Below are positions 40,820 to 53,035 of a stretch of DNA of 64,000 nt, in pieces (position 1 is the first letter of the stretch; every line of letters begins with the position of its first letter). The position numbers and the translations under genes were made by a program. The DNA is taken from contig JAKMXF010000099.1 in assembly GCA_024704765.1 (NCBI GenBank), positions 486,419 through 550,418 on the forward strand, in the 5' to 3' direction. This DNA comes from Oopsacas minuta. Taxonomy: Eukaryota; Animalia; Porifera. The notes under the pieces are model-generated. The model was given only the letters and a program-made list of their open reading frames with translations. It ran no database searches and had not been told where the DNA came from.

Positions 40820-42960
40820 ATCTTATACTGTCATGAAGCACGCTCAGAAGATGAGCTCTAGCTTATGCCGAGATGACTGTGTTATTGCATTTGATCTTGC
40901 AATCCAAGCAAATCAAATTGAATTTTCAAGACGATTTTCTGACGCTGTGATACGATTGGGTAGCTAGCACGTTGTCCTTTATTTCTCTATCCCTGATTGG
41001 GAAAATATCAGGAATCAGGTCTCGAGGATCTTTTCAATAGTGTGGTGTGCATGTGGTAGCAACAACATCCGCCCTGATGAAAGGCAAGTCGTATAACAGA
41101 GGAATCCTTGACGGTGGAAGCTTTGTTTCGTTTACTGTTGAATGCCTTTGTACAGTGATATAGTATTCAGCTCACAGAAGAGCAGATAATCGATGAAGAT
41201 GTCCTGATTAACCAGATTCAAACTTGTAGAAATGCTGTAGCTGCTAATTGTTTAGATCTGGTTTGATGACAGATCCTTTTACCCATAGAGTCACAGATTC
41301 GCTCATTAACTTTGCGACAGGTTTAGTCTTGCCTAGCTATGTAGCAGACAATCTGGTAAACAGTACGAGAATCGTCGTGAGCATATGAATAAGTTTATCG
41401 GGGAACGACTTAATACCAACGAAATCAGCTTTTTGGGATCTTGTATCAAATCTGAAGATAAAACCTCCGACACTATGACAAAGGGAATCCAAGTGACGGC
41501 ATCAGATGAGAAACATGTCATTATTGTTGCTGATAGAGACTTGTTTGGACGGCTCTTAATTGCTGTCAATGTCAGCCGGATCAACCTGAAGGAAGTTCTT
41601 AGCTATGAACTCTCGCCAGTGCCATTCGCTCTCGCACATCAAGACGGGGCTTCCGAAAGACGAACAAGAGTGTCTTAGCCACAATGCTGGATAACAATCT
41701 CAGCTTTATTCACAAGCTGCATATTTCACTCAAGAAACTGTCTACCGGTGGAGCGACAATGTTTGGCGATTGGTATATATATACACACAATATTTGCAGC
41801 GCCACTTTCCCAAAAGAATAATTGCACTGAAGTCCACATGGTTTTTGATCAGTACTGGGATACATCGATCAAAGGAGGAGAGAAGCAATAACTGCCCTCG
41901 AAGTTGAAATCAACGACCTATCTACACCAGTACCCAAACGATGGGTAAAATCCATTGCTAATCTACAGAGCAAGATTAATCTTTGTGACTTTTTGAAGAG
42001 TACATTCTGCAAACTCGGTCAACAAAGGCTCGTGTTAGACAAGAAAATCATAATCCACGAACTGTGCGTATTACGAAAGGTTATTTCGAAGGATTAATAG
42101 CACTAAGGTCGAACAATGAAGAAGCAGACACGAGATTACTTCTATATGCTGAGCATGCTGCACATCCCAGACCTAGCATTGTCACTCAGTCAAAGACACT
42201 GATGTTCTTGTCATGAGTGCAGCACACTTTGATGGCCTTAATTGTGAAGAACTCTTGTTTCGGACTGACATCAAAGATCGACTCCGCTATATTCCAATTC
42301 ATAATATATTCCGCACACTAGTTGAGAGCTATGGAGAATTCTTCTAGCATTTCACACCGTGCCTGGCTCCTATACCACTTGAGGGATTCGAGAGAAGAAG
42401 GTATGGAATGTGATCTGCCAAGATCAGCTTCATCAGGAGAACCTTTGTCTCTTAGGAGATCATCACGATTTAGCTGAATCAACAGTCGCAAATGTGAAGC
42501 TTTCATTGCGATCTGTATCCCTATCAACATAAAGTACATGCGCCAAGAACTGTTGACGAATTGATGTTTTGTCAAAAGAGTATCAAAGTGAAATGCTCCT
42601 CCTACCTCCGACAGTCTGCTTTAACATTTTAGGCGAGTAAACTATCAACGATTGTATGGAAAGCTCCCCCAGGCGAAGCAAGATCTTCCGCCACCAGAGG
42701 GCAACTGATGGGTTAAATAAGGCACTATTTAAAGCCTGTATTGATTACTAACGACCCAGCACCAAGAAGCCTGTTGTAATTAACAACCTTTCAGTGCTAG
42801 AAGTCTCGGCGCCGGAACAACTGTTGCTATAGAACACCGGACTATCTTGTGCTGGGGCATGTTTCTGCATGGCTGAGGCTAACTAATGCAAATTTACATG
42901 GAATACAGCTATACTACACTGAAATTTGGATGGTTCAGAATCAGATCCTGATTCAGATTG
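40820..42960 (+). pseudogene. AcademX-type transposon protein remnant (part of transposase + XPG-like nuclease + Cys-rich finger)
   Basis: TVMKHAQKMS..VIAFDLAI; ESGLEDL..LMKGKSYNRG; ADRDLFGRLL..LKEVLSYELSPVPFALAHQDG; VFDQYWDTSIKGGE; NNEEADTRLLL; DTDVLV; LRYIPIH; LPPTSDSL..HFRRVNYQ; decayed C-terminal CxC..C..CC cluster. Confidence 0.75.
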
Positions 42961-44599
42961 AACATTCCATATATATTACTTAGACAATTTTATATGCACA
43001 GCATATTTACATACAATTTCGTCGCTAATTACACAAATGAGAGGTCACGAGATATATTGAAGCTCATAACAATAAGTGAAAACGTAAATCTAGAATTTTC
43101 AGACGAAACACTCAATTATTCAGAAATTTATAATTTACACATTACAAGAAGAATAAATAGAGATAGACATAAATTTGGACTTCAGCACAATATTTATGAA
43201 GTTTGATGGGCATCTTTAACATTTTCAAAAATGGAGGAATGGTGAAATTCTGCGATTTCTTGCCATTAGCCAAGGCTAAACGTATAATCGTTGATGTTTA
43301 GAGGTTCGGAATGTATTACCAAGGTATAGTAAATCCATGTTTTTTGGTTGGTAAAGCTAAGTTGCATTTATAGTCTTAAAGTTGTGGAGTTCAACGGACC
43401 GAGAGGGGAGGGAATTTTCGTCCCAACTTTTGCGTATTATGCCATAACCTTTGAAAGGATGCTCCGATTTGGAATTTATTTTTCTGGTGACTTCCTGAGT
43501 TCTACATAACATTCTGGCGGCCATAAACAAAGGATATCTAATTATCTGCAGCCAGAATAGGCAAAATTAACGCGAGGTTTCCTTCTCTAGCTTTGAGCCG
43601 AATAAGCCCTTATCTGGAAAGTGATGCTACAATTCAACTCTCTGAACTCCTTGCATTGAGCTGGACGACTTATTCTACCTAAATCCGCTTTCCACCTTCA
43701 CTGTGGTGAGACTAAAGCGAAACCCCTATTTTCAGTGCTCTGCGCACTGCTAAAAAATAGACTTAGGTTGTGGCGTACCTGTGATCCTAATTTCAACTAG
43801 TAGATCGTTTTTATTGGCCGAGAAATGGTAAATAATGATAATCCGGAAGGGGAGAATGACGTTATAATCTCGTCATTGGTATCAACTTTCGTCCAAGACT
43901 CGAACTTGTCCGAGCCAAGCCCAAAAGACCCCTGTAGGCCAAAAATCAGTCCTTGGGGCTTTCCAGTTTCTACAATCAATTCTGGAGATACAAACATATA
44001 GTCAGGTTCACTCTGTAATATCTTCGGACTTTTGTGGAAATTTGCAAATCTTTTCATTTTCTGTAAGCTTATAATGTTAGGAATCCTAAAACCTATGTTT
44101 CCAATTTCCTAGAGCATGCGCAAAACCAAGAATCTATTATGCAAAATAACCTATTGGATATGCAGTTCTAATAACCGATGAACGGGAAGAGATAGAAATA
44201 GATTTATGACGAAGAATACGTTCAATAATGGTGCCTCTATAATATAAGAATGGCATCATCATGATTAATTGATGATGACTCGCTAAAAATTGAGAATCAG
44301 CCTTATTTAATATTAGACTTAGATTGGAATAGACGCTATAATTGGGTGTGTCCTGTTTCATTTCGATATCAGCCTGACATTAGGAAAATGTTCCAGAAAT
44401 GATTTAAGAAAGTGTTGCGTCATTATCGGCTTGTTAATTATTCAGCCTTAATCATCCCGACAACTGGAATGTTCATTAGCGAAGCCTCTCTAAATGAGTA
44501 TAACTTCGGCATGATTACGTATGGTTAGGCAGCAAAAAATGCATGATATTCAAACATAGGAATGTTCGTTATTCTTAATATGCATATCGTATTCGATTA

Positions 44600-47545
44600 C
44601 ACTGTTCAACAATATTTTTCATCTTTGGTTGCATGAGATTATTTAACTGATTCTATATAATTTTGGGATGCTGATTTCAAATCTGCAATCAGTTTATTTC
44701 TGCATGCTCTAGTTTTTATGCAATCGACAATTTAAACTTTTTGGTTTGTGGTACTTATTTAGTACATAAATCTGATCTCCACCAAATACTTTTTTTATCT
44801 ATCAAGCCATTTTCATTTTGTATGCATCATTCTGGATCCATTATGAACATTTGTTAGTCAGAGCTGAATGATGAGCACGTGGTAAATGAGTATTTTGCAG
44901 ACCTGATTACTCAACAGGTTTTCAAAAGTTAAGGCTATTTGTTTGTGCTTTGTCTATAACATGGTACCAGTGTCTCAGATAGAAGCTTTCAAGTTGTAGC
45001 CGATTGCTGTTTAAGCGCATTTGAAGAAGTTTGCAATGAGTCATGCTTATCAGCCCGAAGCTTCCTGTTGAAAGCCCCACGTTATCAAGTTTTATCACCA
45101 TACTGCATTCCTGTTTTATTGTCCACCTGCGTTAACGCCTGTTGACCATTTCGTTATACATTCGCAGTTAGTCACTCCACGAGATGCCAGAAATATTACA
45201 AAGTTAGAAAACTTGATTGAGCATTGTGGCTAGATGCAGCAGAATAGGCATTTAAGCTTTATTTTTCCGCTCGTCTGCTGGTAGCCTTAATTAGAACCAA
45301 GGTTTTGTTATTCTGTTTGTTTGTGTTAAGTTACATAGACATCAACAGATTTTCTTTCGATTCTTAACTCTTCAGATTTGATCATGGCTTCTACTAGTAG
45401 ACATAAATGCAAAAAATAACCCTGATTCATTTTGTTACATCTGTGGTGTGTACACGCTTTCGCGTCAAAGACGAAATATAACATCGTTTGTGAAGCGTGC
45501 CTACATAGCATACTTTGGCATCCCTTTTGGTGATCAAGATAAGAAATGGTCTCCTCATATTGTGTGCCATAACTGCGAAGAAATGCTCCGAGACTGAACA
45601 AAGGAAAGCGAAAGGGTCTGCCTTTGCCATTCCAATGGTGTGGCGTGAACCCCAAGACCACACAACTGACTGCTACTTTTGCATGGTCAATACAAAAGGT
45701 GTTGGCAAGAAGAGCCGACAAACGCTTACTTATCCTAGTATACCATCAGCTATACGACCTGTCCCGCACTCTGATAGACTTCTTCCTCCGGTCTTTAGTG
45801 GTTTTGCTTTTCCTGATGATGAAGAAACTGAATTGGAAAGGGAAGAGATTGTAGAAATGGAATATCAAATAACAGACACAGAATCAGAATCTGAAGATTC
45901 TTCTTATGAAACCAGAGTAACTGTGCAGCAGTTTAATCAATCAGAACGGAATGACTTAGTACGTGATTTAGATCTGCCCAAGCAAGCAGCTGAGCTCTTA
46001 GCCTCCAGGCTCAAAGAAAAACAGGTGCTGGATCGATTTGTAAAGGTTTTCTTTTTTCGAAAAAGAGAAGAACACCTTCTACCCTATTTTTCAGTGGAAA
46101 ATAAGCTGGTATATTGCAACGATATTCCTGGTCTTCTCGGACAACTGGGTATCTCCTCATATGATCCAGGAGAATGGCGATTGTTTTTGGACAGTTCCAA
46201 GCGCAGCCTCAAGTGTGTTCTTTTAAACAACGGAAATGTTTATGGTGCTGTTCTAGTTGGTCACTCCACTGTCTTGAAGGAACAGCATGATGACATTAGA
46301 ATTGTTATGGATTTATTCGGATATCATGATCACAACTGAATCATTTGTGTTGACCTCATAATGGTTAGTTTTCTGCTAGGTCAGCAAAAGGATACACTAA
46401 ATTTCCATGTTAACTGTGCATGTGGGACAGCAGAGCACGTGAAAAACATTGGAGACAGAAGGAGTGGCCCTTACGTGAAACATTTCAAGCTGGCATGCCT
46501 AACGTAACACACGACCCGATCGTAAGCAGAGACAAAATTGTTTTTCCGCCCTGCACATCAAGCTAGGTCTCGTGAAACAGTTCGTTAAAGCCCTAAATCC
46601 TGACAATGAATCCTTTCATCATCTTGTGTATACTTTCCCTGCTTTGTCATATGATAAAATCAAAGCAGGAGTGTTTGATGGGCCACAGATACGTACACTT
46701 ATTCGCGACAATAACTTCATTCAGAAAATGAATGTCAAGGAGAAGGCTGCATGGCTATCTTTTGTGGATGTTATACAGAACTTTCTTGATAACAGAAAGG
46801 CTCCAAACTATGAAATGCTTGTATCCAAGATGCTCTCAGGGTTTCGTGATTTAGGATGCAACATGAGCATAAAAGCACATTTTCTGCACAGCCACCTGGA
46901 CAAATTCCCTGATAACCTTGGGACTGTCAGTGACGAACAGGGAGAGCGTTTCCACCAGGATCTCATGACAGTGGAAGAACGCTACCAAGGTCGATGGGAT
47001 CGACATATGATGGCAGACTATTGTTGGGGCATTGAACGTGACTGTCCTCACAAAGCGTACAAACGCAGAAGTTATAAGAGGAAATTTGTTCAGAGTTGTA
47101 GAACATTTGAATCTTTCGTATCTTGTCATTGATCGCTTTAAGTTACTATTGTAGATTGCCATCGTTCTTTTCTATGTCATTTTGTAAAAAAAATCAATTT
47201 TACATGTATATTACCAGCAAAACTGTTATTTTTTACATTTTTGTAAACATTTGTTGCCTATCTGTCTACAAATACAATTTCTATTGGCAACAAGAAAGTT
47301 TTTTGGCACCTATTTTTGTTTTGAGGCTAGTTATTCAACTGTAAGCTGGACATCATTTTGTCAAATCAGGTCACTTTCTCAAAAAATTTGAATTTTGTAC
47401 AAAAAACATTAAAAATTTCGATTTGCAAAAATCTAGAGCTTGCGGAAAATAACTAAAATAACTAAGGTCGGACTCGGATTCGCGCCCCAAAATTAGGTAA
47501 AAACAAGTGTTGGTAGAAATGCAACTAAACCTTTGTTTAGCAGTA
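44600..47545 (+). mobile_element. Chapaev3 transposon, copy B (inverted twin of copy A)
   Basis: Termini CACTGTTCAAC / TTTAGCAGTA; 3-bp TSD TTA (44597-44599, 47546-47548); ORF translations identical to copy A (274, 186, 131, 103 aa etc.), including shared disabling lesions. Confidence 0.9.
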
Positions 47546-48010
47546 TTATTTTTCGTTCTCAGTGGCCTTGATAATTATATTTCCCCTTTCATTAAAATTA
47601 TTCGAATTTATGAGTCCAATGAGAATCAATATTTCACTCGTGATATCTCAAAAGGTCTACTAATTGGTTACTGTTTGTGTTTTGCTGGAATGATTTAGAT
47701 GGCAAGGTAATATTGGTACTTGACCCCAGATCTAATACTTATTGCGTTTATCTGCTAGAAACAATCGAAGAGATAGCACACTTTCTGGTTGATGATTATG
47801 TTAAGATGAATGGGTGTTTGAAAAGACAAACCAAAGAAACTTTGGTTGTACCCCATGCTGTCTGGCATGTTCTTGCTTTTCCAATTCTACCAATAATGGT
47901 CAAATACAACGTCTCAGAAAGCGTCATCAAGCTAAGGAGTATTGAAGATTTCCACAAATGACATGCGATCTGATTCAATACAAGTTACTAGTGGCAAAGA
48001 TGGTGTTCCT

Positions 48011-48200
48011 AGGGTGTTATTTAGGCGTATGCTGTGCGCCTACAGCCGCTTTATTTGGGCAAATATATCTCTAGACGGGGAATATTTCTTTCTATGCGTA
48101 GAAATTCCTATATCGTAATAGAAAATGTATAGTCTGGGCGTATGAAATGAGTTAGAATCCATTTCTAGACATATGGCCCCGAGAACCTGGATGAAACCTT
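48011..48200. mobile_element. ~190-bp MITE-like repeat, copy 2
   Basis: Homologous over its full length to 1477-1670. Confidence 0.7.
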
Positions 48201-49766
48201 AGATGTTTCAGCATAGATGTAGACCATGATCCGGTTGGTTATGGCTGGACCTGTATAGGAGTTAGAAACTGAAAATTGAACAAATGCAATTGATAGAGAT
48301 GTACTCACTTTTAACCAAAATCTTTTATTTCGATTTAAGTCGAGAAGGCTTGTTAACTGCAAACCAAACACTGATTACTTGAATTTTAGACGACAATAAT
48401 CAAGAGAAACCCCTCAAACTCTTGGATTGGCTCTCACCCTACATCATGAAACACGGTGCAAAGATTAATACAAAATCTTTCAAGAATGGGATACTCTGTT
48501 TCATACATCCGTGTTTTGTACTTAGAAACAGCTCTTGAGAATATTTTCCTAGGAACACCAAGAAGTTGCAAGGACTATATGTACCACCATTTCAAAATAG
48601 GAAGCTTCTTGTTCTCTGCTGAGGACAGTGCTGATGGGAAAATAACAACTCATTTTATAGTTATTGTAGTTTACCAGAAGGCATATGTTCTAGGAGAGCC
48701 AATAACACAACCTATGAATCTGAGTTATGCTAAATGTTTGTCACTAAATCCATTTCATGTACCTATTATTCATTATATTAAGCCGCAACTGAAATTGACA
48801 AAGAGGATGGAATGATTCATCCCAAACAACGACGGGACATCATTGTCATAGCCAGGAAGCGATAATCAGAATTCAACTGCATACCTGGATGGGCAGCATA
48901 TAATGCATTACTGTCAGTTCCTCAGCCATTGACTCGAATCAGAGTATTTTCGCTGTTACAATACGAGTGTTCGACTCTCATAACTGTTATCTCATAGACA
49001 ATCAAATTGAAAGATTTTACTGTCGGATCAAACCATCCTACAGTTATTTCATTTGATATGGCACTCTACGAGAAGGTGATCCAACTTCTGGATTCAAGTC
49101 CCGAACAAAAACGTTCTGTGGTTCCAAGACTTGGCGAACAGCATACTTTCATGGCTGTATTGAGGGCCTTAAGTGCCATAATCGAAAATTCAGGCATAGA
49201 TGATGCATGGGTAAGGGCTGAATTCTCTGGGTCACCTACCCCACGTCAAATTCTGAAATGCTCACATCACAAGCGAACAATCATAGCTCATATATATTCA
49301 TATGCATAACACTTTATGAACTGGCATTAGAGTTATTCTTCGAAGAACACGCACATTTAGAAACAATTTGCTCAGATGCAACAATTTCATAGGTCATCTC
49401 CAAAGCTAATGTCATAAACGAGTTTAAGATTTGGGAGATTCAGCAAAATAATAATGCTATCTATTGCTCACTGATGAACTACCTTCATTGAGTAGAGTCT
49501 TGTGGTTTATTGCATCATCTTGGAATGCTAGCTTTGGACTTCACCTTGAAGCCAGTGAGAGATTGAATATGCTCTCTTTTCTCAATGGATCATATCAGGG
49601 ATAAGCGATTGTGGCCACGGTACATATCAGATATGTACAGCCTAAGAATGAACTATCCAACCACCTATAGGGAACTCCAAGAAGGAAATATATCAGTAAC
49701 CTAATCTAAAATCCCCTTTATCTCAAATGATAATGATCATGCATGTGAAGAGGAGAACAAGTTGAT

Positions 49767-52700
49767 TGTTTTGACGAAATGATCCCCCTAGGGAATTGAT
49801 CCTGAGGTCTATTTTCCTCAAATTTAACGAAAATGGTCCCTCTACGATAATACTCCCATTATTGCTTTTAACTTTGTATTCTGCAATAAATTTATGTTAT
49901 AACATTGTTGTATGAAATCGTATAATGCTATTCATTATAACCGTGATACGACACAATTTGTGAAGTCTTCTCAGATCGTAATCCACCGCAATCGGTGATA
50001 TCTTATCACATTCGTAATACTGCACAATTGCTGATGTTCCATTATTATTAATAATACAGAATTATTTAATGTTAGGAATTATTTTTTTAATTTTTGTAAG
50101 AAAATAATGTTATTAAGGCGGCCTATAATGTTAATTTCTTTATCTTCAAGTTTGTTTGATTTCTGTCTTTCCGTCCCATCTTAAGAGTTCCAAATACCAT
50201 TATATTTAACTCTTATGGAAAAAACGTATTCCTGTCAAGATAGTAAAGTCAATCAGTGAGTAGTGCCACAAATCATCTCTGTGTGGTACCGAAATTGTTT
50301 CGTTGATATCGCATGCGCGAATACTTTGAATAAGAACCAACCTCAAGAATGAACATTGGTAATTTTTCTGTAAGTTCATTTGATAGCAGTTCAATGATGG
50401 CATCTGAATCTCGACATTTTAAGCAAGAATGACGAGATGTGATTTGATTGTAGATGTAAGTTTGACAATCAGAGTTAAACTTTGTCAGAAATGCGAGATT
50501 ATCTTTATTTTCAGACTGGAAACAGCAGCTCCAGCACTGAAAGGTCATAATGTACTTATTTGAACTTAGAGATAGATCCTTGCACAAGAGCTGAACTACA
50601 TGTCCCTCGTAGCCCAAGAGGTTAAAATGCGAGTTCACGAGTGGTATCACGAGCATTAAAGAAATCTCGAATCTGACTTGATCAAATTTACGTGTGCGTA
50701 TTGGTGATAGAAAATTTTCGAAATTCGAATTGGGAGAGGATTGTATGAGGTTGAAAGTTGTGGAAAGCGCATCTCTATGTAAGCTAATTAATGAACGAAG
50801 TTATCCATAGGAAATGTACTAACTAATTCAATTCCATGAACATAGCCACCCCAAGTAACACACAAATCTAATAGAGAGTTGTCGGATGGAAAATGTGCTT
50901 GTAATGAGAGTTGAGGCATAGATAACTCCTTTTAGGTTTGAGACTGTTTAGCATCATCTCAAATAAAACCAGATATAGGACCTTTGTAGTATAATCCATG
51001 CTTTTTTTGTTCCCCTTTGTAGAAAACTTAAAGTCTCCTTTTGCATATTGAACCAAAGGTATTTTGATTTCAAAACTCTCTAAATACCATAGAAATACTA
51101 TTTCAGTACCTCTTGACTTGTGTCAGAAGTCATCAATCCCTTTTCAGGAACTTATTAAACGGAAATGTTCTTGGCTCCATTTGAGTAGATTCTCAATGAA
51201 ATAATTCCGACTTTTATCAAGTTCTTGATGAAATTCATTAATTGGGCTAATCGACTTAATGGATTCTATTATGCGATCTTTCATTGAATTGAGAAATTCT
51301 AGCACTTCTTCCCGTGATTTTCGTGTGACATTGGTTTCAAAAATTGACTCTTCGCCTCCAGTAAAAGGGACGATGGGGAATCTTGATATTTTCATCTAAT
51401 ATTTCTTGTTGGATATTTTTCTCATCACTTTGGCTGTCTAAATGCTGATATTTGTTTGGTAGTGGATGTGTCTCTTTTTGTGTAATTTGTAAAGTTGTAC
51501 AAAAATACCCAAAAAAGAGACACTATATGGATTAAACCATTTGCCCTGCAACTTTCCGCACTTATACCCCGATGAACATTCTCAATCAATACATTATCCC
51601 CGATCTCAAGTTTCCTGGATGAGACTGGGCCCAATTTCTTGTCAAAAAGCTGCTTTATCAGGTTTTGCGAATGCAATAGCTGTTCTCCAGCTTTCTGACT
51701 ATTCGACTCATGGGCTTCTTGCATGAAATCTATTAATTTTTTAAACTGGTTCTCTCTACCCCACTGATCTAGGATACTGTTTTCTGGATGCTAATAGTCT
51801 TGGTTTTGTGCTTCGGTAGGGAGTCGAACTTTTCAAGATCCATGCATAAACTCAAAAGCTGATAAATTTGTTGTTATTATTGGCCAAATATTGATAGAGA
51901 ATGTAATCTTTTCTAGTAAAAGTGACCAGTTTTCATTCTTTTCTTCTAACGACTAACTAGAGCTGTTTGATAGCTTTATGAGGCGACTCAACTAACTCAT
52001 TTGTCTGGGGATGGTAAAGAGTAGAAAAGATTAGCTTGGTATTATATGTTTCACGCAATGCGCCACACATATTATTCTTGAATTTAGTTCCATTGTCTAG
52101 AATTATTCGAACGGGCTCCCTATCTACTATATATCGAGTAGATACATCTTGCAGCTCCCGTGGCTTTGTTAGATTTGAGTGGACGGGTTTCTATCCACCT
52201 GGTGAAATGACCAATCATGCTCAAAATATGTTTGTAGCCATTTGATTCGATAAATGGACTTATTCCTACACTGCACCATGCCATACCTTTGTGATGATTG
52301 GTAAAGGTTTCAGAAGAGTAGTAGGACTTTTTAAGCTTGATTGGTTCTTTTGGCAGCGAACACATGTAGTGACATAAGTTTCAATATCTTTGTACATACT
52401 TGGCCAATGATATCGGTCTTTTGCTATGTTACATGTGTATCTAGTACCTTTGTGCCCAGGATGATCATGGATCTCTTTTGGAATTTCCTCCTACTCATTG
52501 TGTTTGATAACCAATAATTGACATCCTGCTAAGGATCTGAAAGTGTTCCTGCTACTAAATCGTACCTCTCAGCTTTCTTGCGAATGATTCTCTTCTGTGT
52601 CTTAGTAGAATGTACAGGGTATGATTTGAATCTTGGTATTTTGAAACTGTTCGTACTCGATAGAGCCCATACTGCTGTGTAAAGGAATTGTATTGTATGT

Positions 52701-53035
52701 TTCACTGTGTTTTTAGCTACTGACAAAGCTTTTATGCTTCTGTAAACTACTACAGTATACTTACTCACCACTACACAAAATTAAACTATTACAGGCTCCA
52801 TATTATTCAATAAATGAAACATCACCAATTATGTCGTATTACGAATCTGATAAGATATCACCAATTGTGTCGTATCACGATTATAATGAATATCATTATG
52901 TTATTTCATGCATGATGATATAACATAAATTTATTGCACAATACACAGTTAAAGTAATAGGGGATTATTTTCGTAGAGGGACCATTTTCGTTATATTTGA
53001 CTAAAATAGTCCCCCCCGATCATTTTGTCAAAACA
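49767..53035 (-). mobile_element. Ginger1-type DNA transposon (Gypsy-like integrase, no RT/RNase H, long TIRs)
   Basis: TIRs ~235-280 bp beginning TGTTTTGAC(G/A)AAATGATC (49767-~50045 vs ~52800-53035); 4-bp TSD TGAT/AGAT (3/4); integrase with GIN1/Ginger-like N-terminus (YPVHSTKTQKRIIRKKAERY), H2C2 (HDHPGHKG..HWPSMYKD..CVRC), core (GYKHILSMIGHFTRWIETRPL) and GPY/F-like motif (GKLQGKWFNPY). Confidence 0.85.
50170..50890 (-). pseudogene. USP-like (papain-fold) cysteine-protease domain inside the Ginger1 element
   Basis: Cys-box-like WGGYVHGIELVSTFPMDNF (AGT ACA TTT, two substitutions from NTC); two CxxC pairs (CWSC, CLKC); His/Asp-box-like YSLIDFTILTGIRF-SIRVKYNGIWNS*DG after removing one T. 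Both catalytic positions are mutated in this copy. Confidence 0.6.

Noticed and set aside
47560-48000. Coding-like stretch with Cys clusters upstream of the second Academ fragment
   Set aside because: May be a decayed Academ N-terminus, but I could not assign any motif.
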